Source: a virus
Taxonomy: Duplodnaviria > Caudoviricetes
Reading direction: 5' to 3' (one strand)
IMG/VR virus record: IMGVR_UViG_3300032167_000106
Coordinates: 4,424-68,423 of that record
DNA length: 64,000 nucleotides
Positions 36,211 through 44,237 of the stretch are shown here, piece after piece (the stretch's first letter is position 1; every line of letters begins with the position of its first letter). Under the pieces are notes generated by a model. It worked only from the letters and a program-made list of their open reading frames with translations, was not told the origin of the DNA and searched no databases. The position numbers were made by a program, and so were the translations under genes.

Positions 36211-36624
36211 ACCTCGTAATGAACCTTGCGACGATTGCTTGCGTTGGAGCGAGTGCAACGGAGTCGATAAAGATTACTGCCCGATGACCGCAGAGGAGGG
36301 CGAGAAGAATGAATAACACGCTCACCTACTTCTGGAAGAAGATCGGCAAGCTCAAGATCCGGTTTCAGGGCAATCAGGCAGCGACCCTCAGGTTTACTCC
36401 GTCAAAGGAAGCCATCCAAGAAGGTCTTGCAAGGGCTCAGGGATGCCACAAAGGGCGGGGGAACGGTAAAGACAACACCTAACCCACCTCGGGCGGAAAA
36501 ACCCGCCCTACAAGCGGCAAATTGATTTCACGGCATTTTCAGGCTTCACTTCTTAGACCAGATGCGATATACTAAAGGCGGCTGTTCTTAAAAAAGCAGT
36601 CGCCTTTGCCATAGGAGGATCGAA

Positions 36625-37041
36625 ATGGAGAAAAACTACGACGCAGAGTACAGGCGGTTGTCCCAGAAGGGGCAGGGGTTTATGAGGACTGGAAACCTGC
36701 ACCTGTACTCTGCAACTCTGAAACAGATGTCAAACATCCTGCTGGAGGAGAACAAAAGGATCGACGAGATCAAGGTGCTGATGCTGGCGTTCTATATTGA
36801 CCTCAGCGGTATCGGTGTAGGGCCGTACATAGACACGATCTTCGCCGAAAAGATGCGGAAAGCTCTGGTAGATACGCAGATGGATCTGTACCAGTTCAGG
36901 GAACTGTATCTGGATACGATCAGGGCTGATGTGACCCCGAGGCACACGATGAAAGTCAGCGATACCCTGTATCTGTTGGAAAAGCTCCTGACCGGCAGAG
37001 GGGATGTTGTCGCAGAGATCCTCAGCAAGATTGACCTGTGA
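36625..37041 (+). CDS. Helical hypothetical protein preceded by a hairpin leader
   Basis: RBS AGGAGG; AAAGGCGGCTG...CAGTCGCCTTT hairpin upstream. Confidence 0.7.
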   Translation: MEKNYDAEYRRLSQKGQGFMRTGNLHLYSATLKQMSNILLEENKRIDEIKVLMLAFYIDLSGIGVGPYIDTIFAEKMRKALVDTQMDLYQFRELYLDTIRADVTPRHTMKVSDTLYLLEKLLTGRGDVVAEILSKIDL

Positions 37042-37054
37042 TGTAGAATAGAAT

Positions 37055-37122
37055 GTGCGGGAACAAAAGCGTGGCTAAGCCACTGATGCTCGCACGGGAG
37101 CCGTAACAGCTCCGCAACCGTG
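37055..37122 (+). ncRNA. Candidate structured RNA leader
   Basis: Nested stems GTGCGGG/CTCGCAC, GTGGC/GCCAC, GGAGC/GCTCC. Confidence 0.3.
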
Positions 37123-37189
37123 ATCGTTTTGATTTTGAAGTTATTACCTCCGGTGTATGAGTATCGACATAAACCGAAGGAGAATGACT

Positions 37190-37438
37190 ATGAACAGAAA
37201 TCTGAATAATGCAATCTTTGAGCTTGGCAAGGCGGATGCCCTGATGCACTCCATAGAGAGCCTGTACCTGGACTTCGAGTTCCTTCCGGAAGAAAAGGAG
37301 AAAGCGGAAAGGGGAGCCTATGTGTTTTACGCATTGTGGGATGCGGTGAAGAAAGCGGCAGACAGCATTGAAGAATACTGCGGGGACTGCCGTGTCGTTG
37401 ATGTCCTTGAGGCCGTAGAGAAGCTGCGGAACAAATGA
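37190..37438 (+). CDS. Hypothetical protein, last rightward gene before the integrase
   Basis: RBS AAGGAGA. Confidence 0.7.
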   Translation: MNRNLNNAIFELGKADALMHSIESLYLDFEFLPEEKEKAERGAYVFYALWDAVKKAADSIEEYCGDCRVVDVLEAVEKLRNK

Positions 37439-37468
37439 ACCTTGAAAATCAAAGAGTGACTACGAACT

Positions 37469-37503
37469 ATGCCGGGGATCTGTATGGGATCCTCGGCATT
37501 TTT
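37469..37503 (+). terminator. Intrinsic terminator closing the accessory region
   Basis: ATGCCGGGGATC-TGTATGG-GATCCTCGGCAT-TTTT. Confidence 0.8.
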
Positions 37504-37813
37504 GATATATGGGCTTGAAAATCCGGAGGTGAAGCGGTATAATCACGGAAAAAGCCGAGTGTATGGATTGCATAAAGGATGAATATCCTATAAGCCGTAC
37601 ACTTTGGTGATGCGATGTATATAGGTTAAAGGATGTCCAAAACCGGGCAAAGTGGAGGAAAACCCCTTGAAAACAGGCACTTTTCGCTTTCGGCTCCCAG
37701 TTCAAGGACGACCGAAAATGTCAGTTTTGCGAAATCTTTAATACCCTCATTACCCGATGTGTATAAAACCGGCTGAAAAGTGTATACAAATTCAGGTGAA
37801 TATCGACGAATAA

Positions 37814-37856
37814 ACGCCCAGGACTATGCAAAGCCCTGGGCGTCTGTTATTTTTTG
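37814..37856. terminator. Hairpin at the integrase 3' end
   Basis: ACGCCCAGG...CCTGGGCGT stem next to the stop at 37847. Confidence 0.65.
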
Positions 37857-39568
37857 TAGGTGAATGAGTGCCTAATGCCGTTTTTGAATACGATCGCCGT
37901 GATCTTGCCGTCCGTAGCCTCGATGCTTTCGATGACGCTCTTGATGAAGCTCCTGGGGATGCTGGGATCTATTTGGCGGATGTATTTCTCATAGTCGACA
38001 TAGGTGTCCTCCAACAGCTTGGAGACCATAATGAAATAGCTTGCCTTTTCGATGAACTCGTCGTCGGCAAGTGGGCCGTAGTTGTCCTCGTCCTCTTTGA
38101 ACTCGCTCAGTTTCTGGTCGATCTCGTCGATGGCAGATAAGATCCGTTGCCGCTCGACGATGTAGTCCTTCTCGGCAAGGTTGCCTTCGCCGTACAGATA
38201 GAGCGACTTGAGCCGGTTCATCGCTACCTCGTGCTTCCGCTTCCGGGATAGCAGAGCATCCCGTTCGTTGACCGACTCGGATGTCTTGCTGAAGACGCCT
38301 GCAGGTCGATACTCCAGACCTGACACGCCGGTGAGCAGGAGGTCGTGCATTTGCTGCAGACCATCAGGGCAGATAGCTTCGACTTCGGAGAAGATCTCGC
38401 CACGGAGCAGCTTCTTCTCCAGACCCACAAGACCAGTCCGCTTTGTAACGGAGTCTTTGGCACGAATGATGTTCGCAATGTAGTTGAACACGAATGGACC
38501 GACGACGATGTCGGAGATATACTTGTTTCGGCAGTCGATGTTACTGCTCCGTCGCCTGTTACAGCCGTAGATCGAAGGCCGCCAACCGTCTGCCCGGACA
38601 CGGTCGAGCGTAGCACTCATATTGGAGCCGCAGCTTCCGCACCGGACGATGCCGGCGAAAATGTGGGTATTCTTCCGGACATAGCTTGTACCCTCGGCAA
38701 CGCCACCACGCCTGTTCCGTTTCAGCAGGAACTGGATGCGGTCGAAAAGGACATCGTCAATGATGGGAGGATGGTGATCCTCGTAGGTGATCCACTCGGA
38801 CGCATCCCTGGCCTTGTACCCGCCGTCGCCTTGCTGTGTAACATTGTACCGGTAGTGCCCGATGTAAAATGGGTTCTTCAGGACTTTGCTGACAGAAGTG
38901 GGAGTCCAAGGCTTTCCGGAGCGGGTGAAGATCTCGTGCTCGTTCATGTACCGGGCAACATAGAGAAGGGACTGCTCCCGCTCGTATAGCTCGTAGATCC
39001 TGCGGACCACCTTAGCCTCGACGGAATCTGGCTCGAACACCTTGGTCAGCTTGTCGTATTTGTATCCGTATGGGATGCGTCCACCGTTCCATTGACCGTT
39101 CTCTGCACGGGACAGCATAACGGAGGTGACACGCTCACCGGTCATCTTCCGCTCCAGCTCCGCAAAAACGAGGATGATCTTCTGCATTGCCTCGCCGATC
39201 GCTGTGCTGGTGTCCAGCTGCTCGTTCTTTGAAACGAAGGTAACGCCGAGACGCTTGAGCTCCTCGTACATACCGGCAAAGTCGAGAAGGTTTCTGCTGA
39301 TGCGGTCGATCTTCCAGACCAGCAGGTGTGAGAACTCACCGGAACGCAATCGCTCCATCATCTCCTGATAGTCCGGGCGATCGGTGTTCTTTGCAGAGTA
39401 GCCTGCGTCCTCGAATACGAAATAGTCCTGGATACCAAGAACCATCTGTGCGTAGGCGATCAGCTCCCGCTTCTGTACCTGAAGGGAGTCTTTGTCCACC
39501 TGCCAGTGGGTTGAAACACGAATGTAAATGGCAACCTTGAGTGCCCGTAATTTCTCAAGTACGCTCAA
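37847..39568 (-). CDS. Large serine recombinase (phage integrase)
   Basis: VAIYIRVST...DRPDY...WKIDRISRN catalytic domain, recombinase domain, CGSCG zinc ribbon, coiled coil; RBS AAGGAGG favours TTG 39568 over 39622. Confidence 0.95.
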   Translation of the reverse strand: MSVLEKLRALKVAIYIRVSTHWQVDKDSLQVQKRELIAYAQMVLGIQDYFVFEDAGYSAKNTDRPDYQEMMERLRSGEFSHLLVWKIDRISRNLLDFAGMYEELKRLGVTFVSKNEQLDTSTAIGEAMQKIILVFAELERKMTGERVTSVMLSRAENGQWNGGRIPYGYKYDKLTKVFEPDSVEAKVVRRIYELYEREQSLLYVARYMNEHEIFTRSGKPWTPTSVSKVLKNPFYIGHYRYNVTQQGDGGYKARDASEWITYEDHHPPIIDDVLFDRIQFLLKRNRRGGVAEGTSYVRKNTHIFAGIVRCGSCGSNMSATLDRVRADGWRPSIYGCNRRRSSNIDCRNKYISDIVVGPFVFNYIANIIRAKDSVTKRTGLVGLEKKLLRGEIFSEVEAICPDGLQQMHDLLLTGVSGLEYRPAGVFSKTSESVNERDALLSRKRKHEVAMNRLKSLYLYGEGNLAEKDYIVERQRILSAIDEIDQKLSEFKEDEDNYGPLADDEFIEKASYFIMVSKLLEDTYVDYEKYIRQIDPSIPRSFIKSVIESIEATDGKITAIVFKNGIRHSFTYKK

Positions 39569-39599
39569 TGGTAGTGCCTCCTTGCTTTTGATAGGATAT

Positions 39600-39681
39600 T
39601 CCACGGAAATTCCACCGGACAATCCGTGGATTTTCCTGCCTTAACCGTAACCGTAACCTAACCGTAACCGTAATCATACCG
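39600..39681 (+). repeat. Iteron-like repeats: CCACGG/CCGTGG-type motifs followed by a (TAACCG)n tract
   Basis: TCCACGGAAATTCCACCGGACAATCCGTGGATTTTCC then TTAACCGTAACCGTAACCTAACCGTAACCGTAATCATACCG. Confidence 0.85.
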
Positions 39682-39694
39682 CACCATAAAGAAA

Positions 39695-39720
39695 AGGGGC
39701 ATCGCAGAGGCGATACCCCT
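39695..39720 (-). terminator. Terminator between the cI operon and the integrase
   Basis: AGGGGCATCGC-AGAG-GCGATACCCCT, followed by TTTTCTTT on the minus strand. Confidence 0.7.
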
Positions 39721-39724
39721 GATT

Positions 39725-40222
39725 TTACTTTTGAAGGAATGGTAAGTCGCCGTCAATGAAGGAGAAGTACAGATGCGAGTCGGCGAACTTTCCACAGGTG
39801 AAATCCTTCTGTCTGGCTTTACTATCAGTTGTGGATACGACCACGAGATGCTGCTCTGTACTAAGGCCACGATCCAGCCTGATAGAGAACAGCCCTTCAT
39901 CTGCGAACTGCAGACAGCCGGCACGAGCCATAAGGTCGATGAGGCGGAAAGCCTGACCTTCTGTGCGGTAGTAGTATTCCTCTGCCATCCCGTTCAATGC
40001 CTCCCAGCCGAAGTTGCGGAGGTAATCGGAGCAGCGGGTGACACGGGCGAGGAATTGTTCCTCGGGCTCACCGGTAATGGCGGGATCTTGCTCTACGATG
40101 GCAACTCGACCGGATGGCGATACACAGATGCAGCCGACGGTGTCGTTCTCGTTGGGGCCGACTTGAATGTCCTCTCCAATGGGGAACAGGGGGTAGTATG
40201 CTTTGTTGCCTTCGTACAGCAT
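39725..40222 (-). CDS. Hypothetical protein co-transcribed with the repressor
   Basis: RBS AAGGAGT overlapping the repressor stop; no HEXXH motif. Confidence 0.7.
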   Translation of the reverse strand: MLYEGNKAYYPLFPIGEDIQVGPNENDTVGCICVSPSGRVAIVEQDPAITGEPEEQFLARVTRCSDYLRNFGWEALNGMAEEYYYRTEGQAFRLIDLMARAGCLQFADEGLFSIRLDRGLSTEQHLVVVSTTDSKARQKDFTCGKFADSHLYFSFIDGDLPFLQK

Positions 40223-40227
40223 TTGGA

Positions 40228-40554
40228 TCACTCCTTGGATTTGTATTTATTCAGAACGGCCTGAACCACCTTGCGGTCGTCCTCGGTCGCTAAGTAGTAG
40301 AGTTGGGATACCTCACGGATCTCCTGAGGCAATGTTTCATAGCGGTCGTCATTGATGCCGAGGATCCAGTCGATAGAAACCCCGAAGAACTCAGCCAGCT
40401 TGACTACATAGGGCAGATCGGGAGATCTGTTTCCGGAAAGATACCGAGAGAGGGTAGCGGAGGTGATGTTCATTTTGTCCGCCAGTGCCTTGATGCCATA
40501 GCCTCGGCTGTCCATAAGAGCCTTGAGCCGTTCCTGAAATGCTGAATAATCCAT
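40228..40554 (-). CDS. CI-like XRE-family repressor
   Basis: FQERLKALM...ALADKMNITSATLSRYLSGNRSPDL...LAEFFGVSIDWILG; RBS AAAGGAG, ATG 40554. Confidence 0.9.
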   Translation of the reverse strand: MDYSAFQERLKALMDSRGYGIKALADKMNITSATLSRYLSGNRSPDLPYVVKLAEFFGVSIDWILGINDDRYETLPQEIREVSQLYYLATEDDRKVVQAVLNKYKSKE

Positions 40555-40629
40555 AGTCTGTACTCCTTTACCGTTGTTATATGGTTTAGATACCATTGTA
40601 TAAGTTTTTTGCCACTTTTGCAACAAAAA

Positions 40630-40682
40630 TTACCGAAATCGGTAAAAAACTTATTGACATTTACCGACTGGTAAGTTAAGAT
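40630..40682 (+). promoter_or_regulatory. Lysis-lysogeny switch: rightward promoter with operators
   Basis: TTGACA (40654)-17 nt-TAAGAT (40677) with TTACCGACTGGTAA (40661-40674) in the spacer; TTACCGAAATCGGTAA at 40630-40645. Confidence 0.85.
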
Positions 40683-40727
40683 ATACACGATGGTAATACC
40701 AACCACGAAACGAAAGGGGTGAACTCA

Positions 40728-40952
40728 ATGAAACCACGCGAAATCAAAGGAGCCCGAGCAAGGCTTGGATATACGCAGCAGTTTATGGCGGACCAGCTTG
40801 AAATGAATTACCACTCGTACCGGAAGAAAGAGAGTGGCGAAGTTAGGTTCACCGAAGACGAGAAGATCGCAGTCGCTCGTATCCTGGAATTGACACCGGG
40901 GCAGATGAACGATTTTCTTTTTGATGGCAAATTACCAATCGGTAACGCATAG
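40728..40952 (+). CDS. Cro-like XRE HTH protein
   Basis: EIKGARARLGYTQQFMADQL...YRKKESGEVRFT; divergent from the repressor. Confidence 0.88.
   Translation: MKPREIKGARARLGYTQQFMADQLEMNYHSYRKKESGEVRFTEDEKIAVARILELTPGQMNDFLFDGKLPIGNA
40932..40945. promoter_or_regulatory. Operator TTACCAATCGGTAA in the last codons of cro (variant at 40991-41004)
   Basis: Identical to 3426-3439. Confidence 0.7.
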
Positions 40953-41047
40953 TAACCGCTGTGGTAACTGCCAGTTGTTTTGCGGATAGGTTGCCAATCG
41001 GTTGCTTGTCGCTTTGACTATGGTAATTGTAAACCAATCAGGAGGAA

Positions 41048-41548
41048 ATGAAAATGGGACGAGATGCTAAGAAAGCGGCAGGTAATCCGTGGTACGAAGC
41101 CAGAATTAACGCTGCAAAATATGACGACAGGCTAAGCAGCCGAGAAGGAGCCGCTGAGCGGCTGGGGATGTCCGCTTCGTCTGTGGCGGACGCAGAACTT
41201 GGGTTGACCAAGTTTATGCCGGTGGATAAGGCGGTGCTTATGGCAGATGCCTATAACGCACCGCACCTGCTGAACCACTACTGCCTGAACGAGTGCCCGA
41301 TCGGGTGCCGCAGGCCGTTATCGGATGAGGACCTCGACATTGATCGAGTGACCGTTCGGTTATTGAAGAACCTGAAGGTCAGCCAGCTGAACGATATTAA
41401 GGACAAGCTCCTTGACATTGCAGAAGATGGCGTAATCAGCGACGAGGAGAAGCCTGATCTCAAGGAAGTAATGGAGTACCTGAACGAATTGGCAAGGGCA
41501 CTGAGCGAACTGCAAACTGTAAGTCAAAAGGTGCTGAATGGAGGTTAA
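41048..41548 (+). CDS. XRE HTH / CII-like phage regulatory protein
   Basis: SREGAAERLGMSASSVADAELG...APHLLNHYCLNECPIG. Confidence 0.8.
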   Translation: MKMGRDAKKAAGNPWYEARINAAKYDDRLSSREGAAERLGMSASSVADAELGLTKFMPVDKAVLMADAYNAPHLLNHYCLNECPIGCRRPLSDEDLDIDRVTVRLLKNLKVSQLNDIKDKLLDIAEDGVISDEEKPDLKEVMEYLNELARALSELQTVSQKVLNGG

Positions 41549-41723
41549 GACGGTGAGCAAACGGTCCGAACTCGCAGAGATCTTGAAAAGCGAATATGGG
41601 ATCGGTTCTGTGGCAGAGCTTGAGAAAGCCATAGAGCGAATGGGAGCTGTCGACATTTCTCCGTTCTGTGCTGATATAACACCGAAAAGGAGAAAGCGTA
41701 ATGAACAGAAAATCCATTCGTAG
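41538..41723 (+). CDS. Hypothetical protein
   Basis: ORF track; overlaps neighbours. Confidence 0.55.
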   Translation: MEVKTVSKRSELAEILKSEYGIGSVAELEKAIERMGAVDISPFCADITPKRRKRNEQKIHS

Positions 41724-42396
41724 AGCACGGACCGCACGGATTATGAGGATGGCACTGCTGCTGACAGCGGTGGTCCTGATCTTCCTGATGTTCCCCGCAA
41801 CGGCGGGATCTACCGGAGGAGAAACGACAATCCCCGAAGCCACCGAAGTACCGTTCAAGCAGACCGAACCGGTTGACACAGACAGCGGGCTTGTACCTCT
41901 TGTCCACAAGATTACATACGACCAGGTGCAGACGGAAGACATCGAACCGGAGGTGACAGACCCCGTAGTTGTCGAGTATGAGAAGCTCTACACCGAAGCG
42001 GATGTAATTGCCTTGGCAAAGATGGCCTGGGGCGAAGCACTCGTCACCAAGTCAGACACCGAGATGGCGGCGACAATGTGGTGTGTACTGAACCGCTTCG
42101 ATTGTAACGACCCGTACTACCGGAACTGCAAGACCATAGAAGCAATCGTCAAGCAGAGCGGAGCTTTCGCCGGCTACTCCTCCAGAAATCCGGAGGATGA
42201 GCATTTGATTTGGCTTGCCAGAGATGTACTGGATAGATGGAACGCAGAACAGCACGGAGAAACAGATGTAGGCCGTGTCCTGCCTGCCGACTACCTGTTC
42301 TTCCACGGGGACGGCAAGCACAACCATTTCCGGAAGGAATACAAGCACGACGGGCATTACTGGGACTGGAGCCTGGAAAGCCCGTATGAAACCTGA
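41701..42396 (+). CDS. Membrane-anchored cell wall hydrolase (SleB/Hydrolase_2 family)
   Basis: N-terminal TM helix; LAKMAWGEA...VLNR...IVKQSGAF. Confidence 0.85.
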   Translation: MNRKSIRRARTARIMRMALLLTAVVLIFLMFPATAGSTGGETTIPEATEVPFKQTEPVDTDSGLVPLVHKITYDQVQTEDIEPEVTDPVVVEYEKLYTEADVIALAKMAWGEALVTKSDTEMAATMWCVLNRFDCNDPYYRNCKTIEAIVKQSGAFAGYSSRNPEDEHLIWLARDVLDRWNAEQHGETDVGRVLPADYLFFHGDGKHNHFRKEYKHDGHYWDWSLESPYET

Positions 42397-42408
42397 GGAG
42401 GAGCGTAT

Positions 42409-42666
42409 ATGACAGAAAAGATCGTTGAAGCCATCTATGCGGCAGAGGAACAACTGGGAAGAAAGATCCCGGAAGGCGTCTGGCTGGAGGTGTTGGGTCA
42501 TTCCTACCGGAAGCTCGACTACATCAGGAAGCCGATCGAGTATCTGCCGATCCTGTTCCAGAACGAGCTGACCGATTACTACGCTCGTCTTGAGATCAAC
42601 CTGAAAGGAGCAGCCAACTATGTGCAGCGAATGTTTGCAGACGCCCTGTCACCCCAGGTGTCCTAA
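42409..42666 (+). CDS. Hypothetical protein
   Basis: RBS GAGGAGG. Confidence 0.7.
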   Translation: MTEKIVEAIYAAEEQLGRKIPEGVWLEVLGHSYRKLDYIRKPIEYLPILFQNELTDYYARLEINLKGAANYVQRMFADALSPQVS

Positions 42667-42868
42667 TGCACCTGATCCGAAGCCTGTGGAGACTTGCCAC
42701 AAGTGCGGAGAAGGGATTTTGCCCGGTGATGAGTACGCAAAGATCGACGGTGTTTGTTACTGCGAGAGCTGTATCGACGATATGCCGTACAGCGTTTTGA
42801 TCCCGCTTTTGGGCGGAGATTGGTGCAAAGCCAGTGAGGAGGACTACGAAGATGGATGCGACGACTAA
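42620..42868 (+). CDS. Small zinc-finger protein
   Basis: MCSEC...CHPRC...CHKC...CESC. Confidence 0.7.
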   Translation: MCSECLQTPCHPRCPNAPDPKPVETCHKCGEGILPGDEYAKIDGVCYCESCIDDMPYSVLIPLLGGDWCKASEEDYEDGCDD

Positions 42869-43481
42869 GGTGCTGGTTGCACCTGAGCTCCCGGAATTGA
42901 CATTCGATGATGCAAGCCATATCTACCGGTTGGATGGGGCAGACATCCCGAGTGTGTCCCGGATAATGGAGCCGCTGAAAGATGCGAATTACGCAGGCAT
43001 CAGCGAACGGACTCTGCAAAGGGCAGCCAATAAAGGCACATCTGTCCACAACACGATCGAGAATTTTATCAAGTTTGGCATCGAGGATGTATGCCCGGAG
43101 CATCAGGCGTACTTCGATGCGTTTATGGCTTGGTGGACGGAAGTTCAGCCGGTGGTGATCGGCTCCGAAATCCGGATTTACCATAAGCTCCTGCGGTACG
43201 GCGGAACCATTGACCTGCTGTGTTACATCGAAGACAAGCTCACCCTGATCGACTTTAAGACGACCTATTCGGTAAGCGATATGACCTGCGGTGTTCAGCT
43301 CGAAGCCTATGCCAAGGCACTGGAGAGCCACGGCATCAAGGTCGACCAGAAGATGATCCTGCTCCTGAAGCGGGACGGAAAGCACAAGCCGATTTTCTAC
43401 CCGGCGAATGATAGCCTGCGGTGGAGAGTGTTCGGCTCTTTGAAGGTAGTGTATGACTATACCAAGTCTTACCATAAATGA
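42852..43481 (+). CDS. PD-(D/E)XK exonuclease, partner of RecT
   Basis: GTSVH...SE...YGGTIDLL...IDFKT...QLEAY. Confidence 0.85.
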   Translation: MDATTKVLVAPELPELTFDDASHIYRLDGADIPSVSRIMEPLKDANYAGISERTLQRAANKGTSVHNTIENFIKFGIEDVCPEHQAYFDAFMAWWTEVQPVVIGSEIRIYHKLLRYGGTIDLLCYIEDKLTLIDFKTTYSVSDMTCGVQLEAYAKALESHGIKVDQKMILLLKRDGKHKPIFYPANDSLRWRVFGSLKVVYDYTKSYHK

Positions 43482-43503
43482 TTTTCAGAAAGGATGTGTC
43501 AGT

Positions 43504-44214
43504 ATGAACGAAGCAATCGCTACCAAAGGTAGCAACGCCCTTGTCCTTGACACCGCTGAGCGGTCTCTCGGCGAGGAGGTCAGTCTGGTAGAACAGAACG
43601 CAGCCGGCGTCGTTGTGCACGACAGTGCGAGTTACGAGCAGGCCGCTGAGATCACCAGAACCATCAAGCAGATGCACAAGAGGGTGACAGATTATTGGGA
43701 GCCCCTGCGTGTGTCCGCAAAGAAAACCTACGACGATGTTCTTGGTAAGAAGAAGCGGATGATCGAGCCGCTGGAGAAAGCCGAGAAGATCCTGAAGGGA
43801 AAGATGGGTGCCTTCGTCGCCCAACAGGAAGCAGAGCGTAGAGCGAAGGAAGAAGCCGCTCGTAAGGCAGCCCAGGACGAAGCCAACCGCAGACTGGAGG
43901 AAGCTGCAGCACTCGAAAAGGCAGGCGATGCCATCGGTGCAGAGATGGCTATGGCAGAAGCTGAAGTCTATGACGATGCTGCTGCCGGCATCACCGTATC
44001 CGGTAAAGCTCCCAAGGTCGAAGGCGTGTCTACCGCAAAGGCGTGGGAGATCACGAATATCGACCCTGCGAAAGTACCCGTAGAGATCGCCGGTGTGGTG
44101 ATCCGCCCCGTGGATGAGAAGGCAGTCGCTCGACTCATTAAGATGTCGAAAGGACAGATCAAGATCCCTGGTGTCGAGTACAAGGAAACCGTATCCGTAA
44201 GCATCCGGGCTTAA
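43504..44214 (+). CDS. Coiled-coil recombination-module protein
   Basis: Between the exonuclease and RecT; RBS AAAGGA. Confidence 0.75.
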   Translation: MNEAIATKGSNALVLDTAERSLGEEVSLVEQNAAGVVVHDSASYEQAAEITRTIKQMHKRVTDYWEPLRVSAKKTYDDVLGKKKRMIEPLEKAEKILKGKMGAFVAQQEAERRAKEEAARKAAQDEANRRLEEAAALEKAGDAIGAEMAMAEAEVYDDAAAGITVSGKAPKVEGVSTAKAWEITNIDPAKVPVEIAGVVIRPVDEKAVARLIKMSKGQIKIPGVEYKETVSVSIRA

Positions 44215-44237
44215 CCCGGAAACATAGGAGGTAACAA

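Noticed and set aside
37055-37122. Hammerhead, pistol or group II intron domain V
   Set aside because: CTGATG lacks the following A and a GAAA partner; the pistol and domain V consensus segments are incomplete. Kept only as an unassigned structured RNA
37500-37812. A specific attP core sequence
   Set aside because: No convincing inverted-repeat pair around a central dinucleotide could be fixed without attL/attR comparison
39569-39622. ORF-track N-terminal extension of the integrase
   Set aside because: AAGGAGG sits 7 nt before TTG 39568; the extension runs into the repeat region and has no RBS
39641-39681. (TAACCG)n as a telomere-like repeat
   Set aside because: Only about six imperfect units, internal, next to a serine integrase; an iteron-like role is simpler
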